Assembly (NCBI GenBank): GCA_966424035.1
Contig: CBJLMA010000009.1
Coordinates: 2,275-66,274, forward strand
Length of the DNA stretch: 64,000 nt
Origin: an uncultured Sphingomonas sp.
GTDB taxonomy: Bacteria; Pseudomonadota; Alphaproteobacteria; Sphingomonadales; Sphingomonadaceae
Direction: 5' to 3'
Position numbers and translations under genes: made by a program. This document shows positions 11,015 through 21,021 of this stretch, one piece after another. The notes under the pieces were generated by a model. The model did not search any database and was not told the origin of the DNA. It saw only the letters and a list, made by a program, of their open reading frames with translations. Each line of letters starts with the position of its first letter. The stretch's first letter is position 1.

Positions 11015-11680
11015 ATGTTGGCCTATGCAGCGAATCGACCGGTCCCCGGGAAACGCCAGTCGAGCCCCAATGCCTTGCTCATCGTGATCAGCGTTCACGT
11101 AGCGCTCCTTGCAGTGGTGATGAGCGCAAAGATGGACCTTCCGCAACGAATCAAGGACCCGCCGATCCGCGTCGATCTATTTCCGAAGCCGACGCCCCAG
11201 CAGCCGGTGAAGCCGCCTCAAGCTTCGCAGGCTCAGCACAAGCCCCGGATCACCAATCCGCAACCCGATGTGCTGCTCCCTCCAGCGGCCAGCAAGCCAC
11301 TGAACTTGGGCCCGGCAACCATCGATCCGGAGCCATTCACAGGCGGCGGCGGTACAGCAGTTACCTCGATCATCCCAAAACCGGCGATCACACCAATTCA
11401 TCGCGATCCGCGGCTGCTGACTCCACCGAGCGAGCTCAAGCCGCCCTATCCCGCATCGAAGCTCATGAGCGAAGAGGAAGCGACGCTGCGCCTGAAGCTT
11501 ACCATTGACGAGAATGGCCGGGTGGCGGCCGTTGATCCCGTCGGCCGCGCGGATCCAGCCTTTCTTGACGCCGCGCGGCGCCACCTGATGGCTCACTGGC
11601 GTTATCAGCCCGCGAGCGACGATGGGCGGGCGATTGCGTCCTCGATGGTGATTACACTCAGGTTCCAGCTCGACGGCTAG
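11015..11680 (+). CDS. Energy transducer TonB family protein
   Basis: N-terminal TM with S-xx-H, Pro-rich linker, C-terminal PPYP...LTIDENGRV...WRYQPA domain. Confidence 0.88.
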   Translation: MLAYAANRPVPGKRQSSPNALLIVISVHVALLAVVMSAKMDLPQRIKDPPIRVDLFPKPTPQQPVKPPQASQAQHKPRITNPQPDVLLPPAASKPLNLGPATIDPEPFTGGGGTAVTSIIPKPAITPIHRDPRLLTPPSELKPPYPASKLMSEEEATLRLKLTIDENGRVAAVDPVGRADPAFLDAARRHLMAHWRYQPASDDGRAIASSMVITLRFQLDG

Positions 11681-11823
11681 ACTCTTTTGCCCTCAATTTG
11701 AATCAGACACGACGCACCCGGTGGTGCCAAAGCGGCCCCAGCCGCCACAGCCGTCAAATATCCTTTGATCACATCAGGCTGATGCATGATCTAATTTCGA
11801 CCTGATGATTTGTGCTGCTCAAT

Positions 11824-11856
11824 GGGCTGGCGGTTCCCCTTCGCCAGCCCTATTTT
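11824..11856 (+). terminator. Intrinsic terminator-like hairpin just upstream of the rib cluster
   Basis: GGGCTGGCG-loop-CGCCAGCCC followed by TATTTT. Confidence 0.55.
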
Positions 11857-11862
11857 GCGTTC

Positions 11863-12183
11863 ATGTCCTGGTTTCCCAGCCCCTCGAGCCCGCGTGCGGC
11901 GATGCGCGATCTGCTCGCGTTGATCCGCCACAGCGGGCGTGAGCAGAAAATCGGAGCCGCACTTGCGCTGATCGTGACGGCAATCATCGTCTTCGAGTTC
12001 GTGATCGACGCGAAAACCGGCAATCCACCGTTACAGCAAGTCACCTTTGTCGAGCTCTACCCGTCGAACCGGACCGACGCGCAGATCGTCGCGGACCAGA
12101 AGAAAGACATGGCGGCCAAGCTCGCCGCGCAAAAAGAACGGCAACGCCAATTCCAGAAGCTCGAGAAACAGCTCGGGATGTAG
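11863..12183 (+). CDS. Hypothetical single-TM protein, first gene of the rib cluster
   Basis: MSWFPSPSSPRAAMRDLL..., one TM segment, coiled C-terminus; 20 bp upstream of ribD. Confidence 0.75.
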   Translation: MSWFPSPSSPRAAMRDLLALIRHSGREQKIGAALALIVTAIIVFEFVIDAKTGNPPLQQVTFVELYPSNRTDAQIVADQKKDMAAKLAAQKERQRQFQKLEKQLGM

Positions 12184-12203
12184 CTGCGCGCGACCGGCGC
12201 TTC

Positions 12204-13160
12204 ATGGACGAAGCGCTTCGGTTGGCCGAGGCGGCGCGCGGTCGAAGCGCGCCCAATCCCAATGTCGGCTGCCTGATCATCTCCTCGAGCGGCCGGGTGA
12301 TCGGCAAGGGCAGCACTGCGCCAGGCGGAAGACCCCACGCTGAAGCCATCGCGCTCGAGCAAGCGGGCAAGCGCGCGCGAGGTGCGAGCATCTATGTGAC
12401 CCTGGAGCCTTGCGCCCATGATTCGCCGCGCGGGCCCGCCTGCACGGATCTCCTGCTCGCCGCCGAACCGGCGCGCGTGGTGATCGCGCTCAAGGACCCG
12501 GATCCCCGCACATCGGGCAAGGGCGTTCAGCGCCTTCGCAGGGCGGGCATCGAAGTCGGCTTGGGTGTCGGTCGCGAAGCTGCCAAGCGCACCCTCGCCG
12601 GCTGGCTCACACGCCTCAGCCTCGGGCGGCCGCGAATTACATTGAAGCTCGCACTGTCGATCGACGGCAAGATTGCGCTGCCTTCCGGCGAATCGAAATG
12701 GATTACGGGCGAAGATGCGCGTCGCAATGTCCATATCGAACGCGCTCACAGCGATATGATCCTGGTCGGCCGCGGCACCTACTTGGCGGACCAGCCGCGG
12801 CTGGATGTGCGTCTACCGGGACTTGAAGAGCGCTCTCCCAGACGGGCCTTGCTCACTCGCGAAGAAGCGATCGAGGACTGGGAAATCCTTAGAAATCCGA
12901 AAGATGTATACCGACTTCATGACGTCAACGATCTTCTTGTCGAAGGCGGTTCGAGCACTGCCACCGCCTTCCTCAGCGAGGATCTCGTAGACCGTATCCT
13001 GATCTACCGCGCCCCGATCATCGTCGGCGAAGGCAAGTCGAGCTTCGGCTATATCGGGCTCGACGCGATCGCCGACGCGCACGGGCGCTGGCGCTTCGTC
13101 GAGGAGGAGCGCCTGGGTGTCGACCGCCTCGAAGTTTACGAGCGGCTGCGCCGGGACTAA
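12204..13160 (+). CDS. ribD: Bifunctional riboflavin deaminase/reductase
   Basis: PNPNVGC, HAE, YVTLEPCAH...C, SKWITG, LVEGG; the reductase part looks compact. Confidence 0.95.
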   Translation: MDEALRLAEAARGRSAPNPNVGCLIISSSGRVIGKGSTAPGGRPHAEAIALEQAGKRARGASIYVTLEPCAHDSPRGPACTDLLLAAEPARVVIALKDPDPRTSGKGVQRLRRAGIEVGLGVGREAAKRTLAGWLTRLSLGRPRITLKLALSIDGKIALPSGESKWITGEDARRNVHIERAHSDMILVGRGTYLADQPRLDVRLPGLEERSPRRALLTREEAIEDWEILRNPKDVYRLHDVNDLLVEGGSSTATAFLSEDLVDRILIYRAPIIVGEGKSSFGYIGLDAIADAHGRWRFVEEERLGVDRLEVYERLRRD

Positions 13161-13171
13161 GCGCCGGGCCC

Positions 13172-13777
13172 ATGTTCACCGGGATTGTCACAGACGTCGG
13201 CACCGTCCGCAGTGCCGAGCAACGCGGCGACCTGAGGCTCGTCATCGGCACGTCCTACGATCTCGAAACCGTCGATCTCGGTGCGTCGATTTCTTGCTCG
13301 GGCGTTTGCCTGACCGTCATCGACAAGGGCGAAGACTGGTTCGCAGTCGACGTTTCGGGCGAAACCATCTCGAAAACTGCCGCCGATCATTGGCGCGAGG
13401 GCGCGATGCTCAATCTTGAGCGCGCGCTGCGCCTGGGCGATGAACTCGGCGGCCACATCGTCACCGGCCACGTCGACGCAGTCGGCCAAGTCCTGAATAG
13501 ATCGAGCGAAGGGGATTCGACCCGGATAGGCATCCGCGTGCCGAAACGGCTTGCGCCGATGATCGCGCCCAAAGGCTCGATCACGCTCGATGGCGTCTCA
13601 TTGACGGTGAACGACGTGCATGACCGCGGCGACGCGACCGAATTTGGGATCAACATCATTCCGCATACGGCGGAGCACACGACGCTCGGGACTTTGAAGC
13701 CGGGACAACAGCTGAATGTCGAAGTCGACGTGCTCGCACGCTATTTGGACCGAATGCTTGCGGCCCGCGCACATTAG
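13172..13777 (+). CDS. ribE: Riboflavin synthase (alpha chain)
   Basis: MFTGIV start, GVCLTV, NLERAL...GGHIVTGHVD. Confidence 0.96.
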   Translation: MFTGIVTDVGTVRSAEQRGDLRLVIGTSYDLETVDLGASISCSGVCLTVIDKGEDWFAVDVSGETISKTAADHWREGAMLNLERALRLGDELGGHIVTGHVDAVGQVLNRSSEGDSTRIGIRVPKRLAPMIAPKGSITLDGVSLTVNDVHDRGDATEFGINIIPHTAEHTTLGTLKPGQQLNVEVDVLARYLDRMLAARAH

Positions 13778-13799
13778 GAACAGATTTGTTCCTCCTTTC

Positions 13800-13819
13800 T
13801 ATCACATCAGAGTGTGATA
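13800..13819. promoter_or_regulatory. Palindromic candidate operator overlapping the putative ribB promoter
   Basis: TATCACA-N6-TGTGATA abutting a -10-like TATAGC, about 10 bp before the ATG at 13830. Confidence 0.55.
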
Positions 13820-13829
13820 TAGCGCGGCC

Positions 13830-15113
13830 ATGAGTACGACCCTGATCGAGCAGCTCAATGCGATCATCGAAACTGGCGAAGTCAGTCGCGCCGGCCTTGC
13901 CCGCGCCGCTGGGCTTCATCCCAATTCGCTCCGCAAATTGGGCCAGCCTGACTGGAATCCGACTGCCGATACGCTCGGCAGGCTCGAAAAACTGATTCAG
14001 CGCGGCACCGCCGACGTTCTGGTGGGCACCGAGGCGATCATCAACGAAGCCCGCAACGGGCGCATGTTCATCCTCGTCGATGACGAAAGCCGCGAGAATG
14101 AAGGTGATTTGGTCATCCCGGCGCAAATGGCGACTCCGGAAGCGATCAACTTCATGGCTCGAATGGGACGTGGGCTCATCTGCCTGGCGCTCACCAAGGA
14201 GCGTGCCGACCAGCTCGGCCTCGAACCGATGACCCGCACCAACCGAAGCCGGATGGAGACCGCCTTCACCGTCTCGATCGAGGCCAAGGAGGGCATCACC
14301 ACCGGGATTAGCGCCGCTGACCGCGCCCGGACCATCGCAGTAGCAATTGATGCCAGTCACGGTCCCGAGGCGATCGTTTCTCCGGGGCATGTCTTCCCGC
14401 TGGTCGCCAAGCCCGGAGGAGTCCTGGTTCGCGCCGGACACACTGAGGCTGCGGTCGACGTTTCGCGCCTGGCCGGCCTCAATCCGAGCGGAGTGATCTG
14501 CGAGATCATGCGCGAAGACGGAACGATGGCCCGCCTTGACGATCTCATGGATTTCGCTGGGACGCACGGTCTCAAGATCGGTACGATTCGCGATCTCATC
14601 GCCTACCGGCTCAAAAAAGATCATCTCGTCGAACGGGTCGCAATGTCGCCCTTCACGGCCAGCAGCGGCGCTCCGTGGCAGGCGCAGGTCTTCCGCGACA
14701 AGTCCAGCGGGGAGGAGCAGCTGGCGCTCATTCACGGCACGCTTGATCCGACCCAGCCGGTGCTGGTGCGCATGCACAGTCTCGATCTGTTCGCCGATCT
14801 GATCGGCGAGTCTTCACCGCGTTCCGGAGTGCTCCAGGGCGCAATGCGCATGATCGAACAGCAAGGCTCGGGCGTGGTCGTTGCGCTTCACGCCGCTGCG
14901 CAGGGCTCGCTGTCGCGGTCGATCGATCTTCGCGCGGGCAAACCCGCCGAGAGCGGCGATGCAGTCCGCGGCTATGGTACCGGCGCTCAGATCCTGGCAG
15001 CGCTCGGAATCCACGATATGATCCTTCTGTCGAACACCCACCACTCGCCGGTCGGTCTGTCGGGCTACGGCCTCGCAATTGTCGAGGAACGACCGATCGA
15101 GGTGGCTTGCTGA
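13830..15113 (+). CDS. ribB: DHBP synthase RibB with degenerate GTP cyclohydrolase II domain (RibBX) and N-terminal HTH
   Basis: [39 protein letters not shown]. The C-terminal VLVRMHSLD lacks the zinc cysteines. About 58 aa of XRE-like sequence at the N-terminus. Confidence 0.93.
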   Translation: MSTTLIEQLNAIIETGEVSRAGLARAAGLHPNSLRKLGQPDWNPTADTLGRLEKLIQRGTADVLVGTEAIINEARNGRMFILVDDESRENEGDLVIPAQMATPEAINFMARMGRGLICLALTKERADQLGLEPMTRTNRSRMETAFTVSIEAKEGITTGISAADRARTIAVAIDASHGPEAIVSPGHVFPLVAKPGGVLVRAGHTEAAVDVSRLAGLNPSGVICEIMREDGTMARLDDLMDFAGTHGLKIGTIRDLIAYRLKKDHLVERVAMSPFTASSGAPWQAQVFRDKSSGEEQLALIHGTLDPTQPVLVRMHSLDLFADLIGESSPRSGVLQGAMRMIEQQGSGVVVALHAAAQGSLSRSIDLRAGKPAESGDAVRGYGTGAQILAALGIHDMILLSNTHHSPVGLSGYGLAIVEERPIEVAC

Positions 15114-15535
15114 TGTCCACCATTCTATTGGTCGAGGCGCGTTTCTACCCACGTCTCAACGACATGCTGCTGAACGGCGCCCGCAACGCGATCGAGGCCG
15201 CCGGGCACAGGCATGAGACGCTGACCGTCCCCGGCGCGCTCGAACTTCCCGGCGCGATCGCGCTCGCCGCTCGCAGCGGCCGTTTCTGCGCCTTCGTCGC
15301 GCTCGGAATAGTGATCCGCGGCGAGACCTATCATTTCGACCTGGTCTCCAACGAAAGCGCGCGCGGGCTCATGGACTTGACGCTGCAGGGCTTCGCCATC
15401 GGCAACGGCATTCTCACGGTGGAAAATGAAGAGCAGGCAATCGTGCGCTGCGATCCCGCGAAGCTCGACAAGGGCGGCGCTGCAGCCAAGGCCGCACTCG
15501 CCCTTTATCAGCTTCGCGAGCAATACGCGCCTTAG
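15113..15535 (+). CDS. ribH: 6,7-dimethyl-8-ribityllumazine synthase
   Basis: [31 protein letters not shown]. Confidence 0.96.
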   Translation: MSTILLVEARFYPRLNDMLLNGARNAIEAAGHRHETLTVPGALELPGAIALAARSGRFCAFVALGIVIRGETYHFDLVSNESARGLMDLTLQGFAIGNGILTVENEEQAIVRCDPAKLDKGGAAAKAALALYQLREQYAP

Positions 15536-16620
15536 GCGGCGCGAGCTTCGTCCATCTTCGGATAGTCGACGTAGCCTTCGGCTCCGCCTGAATAATAAGT
15601 CGAAGAGTCACCCGGGTTAAGTGCAGCGCCGAGAGCGATCCGCTTCACCAGGTCGGGGTTGGCGATGAACAGTCGCCCGATACTGACCGCATCTCCATCG
15701 CCCGCGGCGAAGCGTCGGTGCGCCTCGCTCCAGTCATGATCGCTGTTGATGACGATCTTGCCCGAGTAGAGCGGTCGCATCGCCGGGCTTACCGCGGCTG
15801 TCGGAATGGCGCCTGAGGCGGTCGGCTGCTGCGGCTCGCGAAGCTCGATCCACGGCACCTTCAGCGCCTCGAGCCGCTGCGCGACCGCAATGAAGAGCGC
15901 GATCGGATTGCCGTCTTCTACGCCCTGGACGTAAATGTTGGGCGAGAAGCGAATTCCGACATGTTCGATCCCGATCGCGGCACCGACCGCTTCGATGACT
16001 TCGGTCATGAACCGCAGGCGATCGACTATCGCGCCGCCATATTGGTCGGTTCTGAAGTTCGCGCCGTCGCGCAGGAACTGGTCGACAAGATAGCCGTTCG
16101 CGCCGTGAATCTGGATGCCGTCAAAGCCCGCCAGAATGGCATTTCGGGCCGCCTTCGCATAATCGGCAACGATCCTTTTGATGTCATGTTCGCTTGCCGC
16201 CCGGGGCTCGACATAGGGTCTCTTGCCGTCCCAGGTGTGCGCATAATCCGGAGCGGTCACTGCCGAAGAGGAGACCGGGTCGAGGCCGCTTACGCTCGGA
16301 TGGACCAGACGCCCCATGTGCCACAGCTGCGCGACGATCCGGCCACCACGATCATGGACTGCATCGGTAACGAGCTTCCAGCCATCGACCTGCCTCTCGT
16401 TCCATAGTCCCGGTGCGCCTGGCCAGCCGAGGCCCTCGCGGCTGATTCCCGTCGCTTCGGAAATGATCAGACCCGCACTTGCGCGCTGCGCATAATAAGC
16501 GGCCATCAATGCGTTGGGGATCGCTTCGCGTCCGGCACGCGCACGGGTCAAAGGCGCCATCACAATTCGGTTGGGAAGCTCGAGCGCTCCCATGGTCAGA
16601 GGATCGAACAGGTCGGACAT
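15532..16620 (-). CDS. Old yellow enzyme family alkene reductase (NemA-like)
   Basis: [47 protein letters not shown]. Confidence 0.93.
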   Translation of the reverse strand: MSDLFDPLTMGALELPNRIVMAPLTRARAGREAIPNALMAAYYAQRASAGLIISEATGISREGLGWPGAPGLWNERQVDGWKLVTDAVHDRGGRIVAQLWHMGRLVHPSVSGLDPVSSSAVTAPDYAHTWDGKRPYVEPRAASEHDIKRIVADYAKAARNAILAGFDGIQIHGANGYLVDQFLRDGANFRTDQYGGAIVDRLRFMTEVIEAVGAAIGIEHVGIRFSPNIYVQGVEDGNPIALFIAVAQRLEALKVPWIELREPQQPTASGAIPTAAVSPAMRPLYSGKIVINSDHDWSEAHRRFAAGDGDAVSIGRLFIANPDLVKRIALGAALNPGDSSTYYSGGAEGYVDYPKMDEARAA

Positions 16621-16780
16621 AATTTCTCGGCAATTGCCCTCGGTGAAACCGCCCACACAAATAGGTACAGCGCAAAACTGCTGGAACCGCGCTTCTATCG
16701 TGAGCCCGATAAGCCAGGCTTATGAAATCCGCAGGCACTTCCGGGTTTCGCCATTCCTCCGAAGCCCCTAACCAGCGGCA

Positions 16781-17674
16781 GTGCGCCGTTCCCCCGATCA
16801 TCCTTTCGCTTTCCCGGCAGTGGTTGTCGGCAGCAGCGCGCTCGCCTTTGGGCCCTGGCTGGTGCGCTTGTCGGGTGTGGGTGCGGTCGCGGCGGGATTC
16901 TGGCGTCTTGCGCTTGCGCTCCCATTCCTGTTCATGATCGCGGCAATGACCGGGCAGCCCGTCCATTGGCCGCGGCGCAAGCTCGCAATGCTGGTGGCGC
17001 TGGCGGCATTCTTCTTCGCTGCCGATCTCGCCGCCTGGCACGTCAGCATCCATATGACCAAGCTCGGCAACGCCACCTTGTTCGGCAATCTTTCGGGCTT
17101 TGCTTTCGCCCTCTGGGGACTGTGGATTGCGCGCCGCCTGCCGTCGCGGACGCAAGGCCTGGCGCTCGGTCTCGCCGCTGTCGGTGCCGCCTTGCTGATG
17201 GGCAGCAGCTTTGAGCTGTCACCTCGCAATTTCGCGGGCGATTTGCTCGCTCTGACTGCGGGACTGCTCTACGCCTGCTATCTCATAGCGGTGCAGCAGT
17301 CGCGCGGGTCCTTAAGACCGATGCCGCTTCTTTTTCTGTCGAGCATGCTGGGTGCACTCATGCTTTTGCCCGTCTCGCTCCTCGCGGGGGAACAGCTCAT
17401 CCCGCATGACTGGACCTTTGTGCTTCTGCTCGCGCTCGCGAGCCAGGTGATCGGCCAAGGTCTGCTCGTCTATGGGATCGGTCATTTGCCGCCGCTAGTC
17501 GTCGGCCTTGCGCTCCTTGTTCAGCCCGCCATTTCGGCCTTCACCGGATGGATAGCCTATGGCGAGACGTTGTCCCCTGTCGATTGGCTCGGTGCTCTTG
17601 CGATCGCTGTCGCATTGGTCCTCGTTCGCCTCCCCGAGCGGGGGTTGCGCGAGCCCGCCGTTCAGCCCAGTTGA
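16781..17674 (+). CDS. DMT/EamA family transporter
   Basis: About 10 TM helices in two repeats. Confidence 0.85.
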   Translation: MRRSPDHPFAFPAVVVGSSALAFGPWLVRLSGVGAVAAGFWRLALALPFLFMIAAMTGQPVHWPRRKLAMLVALAAFFFAADLAAWHVSIHMTKLGNATLFGNLSGFAFALWGLWIARRLPSRTQGLALGLAAVGAALLMGSSFELSPRNFAGDLLALTAGLLYACYLIAVQQSRGSLRPMPLLFLSSMLGALMLLPVSLLAGEQLIPHDWTFVLLLALASQVIGQGLLVYGIGHLPPLVVGLALLVQPAISAFTGWIAYGETLSPVDWLGALAIAVALVLVRLPERGLREPAVQPS

Positions 17675-18330
17675 GCCTGGTGGAAACGGCGAGCCCCCTC
17701 GAACTGCTGCGCCGCCGGCTCGCGCTTGCAGTCGGCGAGAATGCAGTGTTCGACGGCTGGACGCGTGCTGCGATCGACAGTGCTGCAGGCCAGCTCGGAA
17801 TCGATCCGATCCAGGCCCGCCTGGCAATGCCCAAGACCCAGACGGGGATGATCGACGTCTACGTCCAGGAGGTCGATCGCGCGCTGCAAGCCTATTTCAC
17901 CTCCGAGCGCCTCGCGACGCTCAAAATTCGCGAGAAGATCAGGGCGCTCGTGTGGCGGCGACTCGAGATGATGGGACCGGCACGCGAGGCGGTGCGGCGG
18001 GCGCTGGCGATTTTGGCAATGCCGCAGAATGTGCCGCTCGCAGCCCGAATCGGCTGGCGGACTGTAGATCTCATGTGGCGGATCGCGGGCGACACCAGCA
18101 CCGACTTCAATCACTACACGAAGCGGACGACGCTGGCCGCAGTCTATGGCTCGACCCTGCTCGCGTGGCTGGACGACAAGAGCGAGGCTTGGGTCGAGAC
18201 TGCGGCTTTCCTCGACCGGCGGATCGACGAGGTGATGCGCTTCGAGAAGTTCAAAGCCGAATGGCGCGGTTCGTCGGAGCGCTTCAGCGTGTCGCGCTTC
18301 TTGGGGCGGCTGCGCTATCCGCCTAGGTAA
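17671..18330 (+). CDS. COQ9 family protein
   Basis: FDGW, MWRIAGDTSTDFNHYTKR, FLDRRIDEVM; TTG 17671 or GTG 17680 start. Confidence 0.88.
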   Translation: MSLVETASPLELLRRRLALAVGENAVFDGWTRAAIDSAAGQLGIDPIQARLAMPKTQTGMIDVYVQEVDRALQAYFTSERLATLKIREKIRALVWRRLEMMGPAREAVRRALAILAMPQNVPLAARIGWRTVDLMWRIAGDTSTDFNHYTKRTTLAAVYGSTLLAWLDDKSEAWVETAAFLDRRIDEVMRFEKFKAEWRGSSERFSVSRFLGRLRYPPR

Positions 18331-18390
18331 AGCTGCGTATCGAGTGTTCGGCCGCGAGCAGCTATTTCCACTATGGAATTCTTAACTCGT

Positions 18391-18409
18391 TAATGATAAT
18401 CACTCGCAA
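18391..18409. promoter_or_regulatory. Fur-box-like iron operator upstream of feoA
   Basis: TAATGATAATCACTCGCAA, close to the TGATAAT-n-ATTATCA consensus, immediately before the feoA ATG. Confidence 0.75.
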
Positions 18410-18411
18410 CA

Positions 18412-18678
18412 ATGAACGCGCCCTTCCATCCCGACGTGATCAGCCTCGACCGGCTTGCGGTCGGCACAAGCGCGCGCGTTTCGTCGGTTGATTGGGCTGC
18501 GCTCGATGCGGGCGAGGCCTGCCGCCTCAGGCATTTCGGCTTCGATGAAGGCGTCACCGTGGAGCCGCTTCACCTCGGGCCCTTCGGTCGTGACCCGATC
18601 GCAATCCGTGTCGGACGCATGACCGTTGCCATTCGACGGCGGCACGCCGGCGCCATCAGCGTCATTCCGAGCAAGTGA
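18412..18678 (+). CDS. feoA: Ferrous iron transport protein A
   Basis: RLRHFGFDEG...GPFGRDPIAIRVG...AIRR; overlaps feoB. Confidence 0.92.
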   Translation: MNAPFHPDVISLDRLAVGTSARVSSVDWAALDAGEACRLRHFGFDEGVTVEPLHLGPFGRDPIAIRVGRMTVAIRRRHAGAISVIPSK

Positions 18679-20531
18679 ATCCGCTTCCGCTCGTTGCCGT
18701 GGCCGGCAGCCCCAATGCCGGCAAGAGTGCCCTGTTCAATGCGCTCACCGGCGCGCGGCAGAAGGTCGGCAATTATCCCGGCGTCACGGTCGAGCGGCAT
18801 TCAGGGCGTTTGACCCTCGCCGACGGCCGCCCAGTCGAGCTGGTCGACCTCCCCGGCGCCTACAGCCTCGAATCGGCCAGTCCTGACGAAGCCGTCACGC
18901 GCGACGTGCTGCTCGGCAAACAGAAAGGCGAGCGGCGCCCCGACGCGCTGGTGATCGTCGTCGATGCCTCGAACCTCGACAACCATTTGCGCTTCTCGCT
19001 GCAGCTGCTCGAGCTCGGCCTGCCGACAATCATCGCGCTGAACATGATCGATCTTGCCAAGCGCGACGGCCTCGAGCTCGACCCGAAAGCGCTGGAGCGC
19101 GAGCTCGGCGTCCCGGTAATCGAGACCGTGGCTGTCCGGCGCCGCGGAATTGCCGAACTCCATGCAGCGCTCGACGACATGCTCTCCGCGCCCTTTTGCG
19201 GCGTCCATGAGCATGTGAAGAGCGATCTCATCAATCTCCAGCGGCGCGCCCGAGAGATCGCGACCGTGGCGGTGGTCAGCGAGACTCCGGTCCGCCGCTG
19301 GACGCACCGACTCGACGCGGTCCTGCTCCACCCGGTCGTCGGCCCGATCATTCTCGCTGCGATCATGTTCGTCATGTTTCAGGCGGTGTTCGCCTGGAGC
19401 GAGGCGCCAAAGTCGTGGATCGAGACCGGAGTAGCAGCGCTCTCGAACCTGGTCAGTGGAGCGCTAACCCCCGGCCTCGTGCGTTCGATGATCGTCGACG
19501 GCGCGATCGCCGGAGTCGGGGCGGTGATCACCTTCCTTCCGCAGATTCTGATCCTCTTCTTTTTCATCCTGCTTCTGGAAGGCACCGGTTACATGGTTCG
19601 CGCCGCCTTCCTGATGGACCGACTGATGCATGGGGTCGGATTATCGGGTCGCGCTTTCATTCCCCTCTTGTCGAGCTTCGCCTGCGCAGTGCCGGGCATC
19701 ATGGCGACGCGAACAATCGATGATCCCAAAGACCGGCTTACGACGATCTTGATCGCGCCGCTGATGACTTGTTCCGCACGCCTTCCGGTTTACACGCTGA
19801 TCATCGCGGCCTTCATCCCCAATAGCCGCCTCGCCTGGGGCGTGGGACTGCAGGGCGTTGTGATGTTCGGCCTGTACCTCATGGGCATTGCCGGCGCACT
19901 GCTCGCTGCGCTCGTGCTCCGGCGGGGAATATTGAAGGGCGGCGGCGGCGGGTTCATGATGGAGCTCCCCAAATATCAGTGGCCGCTGCTCAAGGACGTT
20001 GCGATCGGGATCCTCACCCGAGCGCAACTCTTCCTCAAGCGCGCGGGGACGATCATCCTCGGCACAACGATTGTGCTTTGGGCATTGGCAAGCATCCCTC
20101 AGGCCGGTCCCGGACAGAAGCAGAGCGAGGTGTCTGTCGCCGGCCATATTGCCAATGGCATCGAGCGGGTCGTGCGACCGATCGGCTTCAACCATGACAT
20201 CAGCCTTGCGCTTCTGCCGGCGATGGCCGCCCGTGAAGTGTCGGTAAGCGCGATAGCGACGGTTTATTCGATCGATTCGCCCGACGAACAGGCGAGCGCC
20301 ACCAAGCTCCAGGACCGGCTCCAGCACCGTTGGTCGCTGGCCACTGCGCTGGCTTTTCTCGCCTGGTTCATCTTCGCCCCGCAATGCATCTCGACGATTG
20401 CCGTCACGCGCCGCGAGACCAATGGCTGGAAATGGCCGTTATTCATGGTGACATATCTGTTCGCACTGGCCTATCTCGCTGCTGGAGCGACCTATTGGAT
20501 TGCGGTCGCTGCGGGACTCGGAGGAACGTGA
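18675..20531 (+). CDS. feoB: Ferrous iron transporter B
   Basis: GSPNAGKS, GNYPGVTVE, DLPGAYSL, NMID G-domain followed by a polytopic membrane domain. Confidence 0.96.
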   Translation: MNPLPLVAVAGSPNAGKSALFNALTGARQKVGNYPGVTVERHSGRLTLADGRPVELVDLPGAYSLESASPDEAVTRDVLLGKQKGERRPDALVIVVDASNLDNHLRFSLQLLELGLPTIIALNMIDLAKRDGLELDPKALERELGVPVIETVAVRRRGIAELHAALDDMLSAPFCGVHEHVKSDLINLQRRAREIATVAVVSETPVRRWTHRLDAVLLHPVVGPIILAAIMFVMFQAVFAWSEAPKSWIETGVAALSNLVSGALTPGLVRSMIVDGAIAGVGAVITFLPQILILFFFILLLEGTGYMVRAAFLMDRLMHGVGLSGRAFIPLLSSFACAVPGIMATRTIDDPKDRLTTILIAPLMTCSARLPVYTLIIAAFIPNSRLAWGVGLQGVVMFGLYLMGIAGALLAALVLRRGILKGGGGGFMMELPKYQWPLLKDVAIGILTRAQLFLKRAGTIILGTTIVLWALASIPQAGPGQKQSEVSVAGHIANGIERVVRPIGFNHDISLALLPAMAAREVSVSAIATVYSIDSPDEQASATKLQDRLQHRWSLATALAFLAWFIFAPQCISTIAVTRRETNGWKWPLFMVTYLFALAYLAAGATYWIAVAAGLGGT

Positions 20532-20532
20532 C

Positions 20533-21012
20533 ATGGCGGGCGTGAACAAGGTGATCCTGGTCGGCAATCTGGGCGCGGACCCGGAAGCGCGCTCGCTCAA
20601 CAACGGCGGTGAAGTGGTCAACATGCGAATCGCCACGTCGGAGCAATGGAAAGACCGCGACGGCAACCGCCAGGAGCGGACCGAATGGCACAATGTCGTG
20701 ATCTTCAACGAGAATCTCGGCCGAGTAGCGAAGAACTATCTCAAAAAGGGCTCCAAGGTCTATCTTGAGGGCCAGCTGCAGACCCGCAAATGGACCGACC
20801 AATCGGGCAACGACCGCTACACGACGGAGATCGTGCTGCAGCGCTTCCGCGGTGAGCTGGTGCTGCTCGACAGCCGCGAAGGGGCCGGCGGCGGCCGGAG
20901 CGCCTTCGGCGAGGATTATGATGATTTCGGCGGAGGGACGCGTGAGCGCACCCAGTCGCGCCCGCAGCCGGCCGCGTTCGACACCGATCTCGACGACGAC
21001 GTTCCGTTCTGA
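20533..21012 (+). CDS. ssb: Single-stranded DNA-binding protein
   Basis: MAGVNKVILVGNLGADPE, TEWH, acidic tail DDDVPF. Confidence 0.97.
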   Translation: MAGVNKVILVGNLGADPEARSLNNGGEVVNMRIATSEQWKDRDGNRQERTEWHNVVIFNENLGRVAKNYLKKGSKVYLEGQLQTRKWTDQSGNDRYTTEIVLQRFRGELVLLDSREGAGGGRSAFGEDYDDFGGGTRERTQSRPQPAAFDTDLDDDVPF

Positions 21013-21021
21013 CGAACGGAA

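Noticed and set aside
11677-11787. 36-aa minus-strand ORF MHQPDVIKGYLTAVAAGAALAPPGASCLIQIEGKRV
   Set aside because: No RBS, atypical codon usage and no recognisable family; cannot be supported.
11681-11862. FMN riboswitch upstream of the rib genes
   Set aside because: The conserved RFN sequence blocks are not present.
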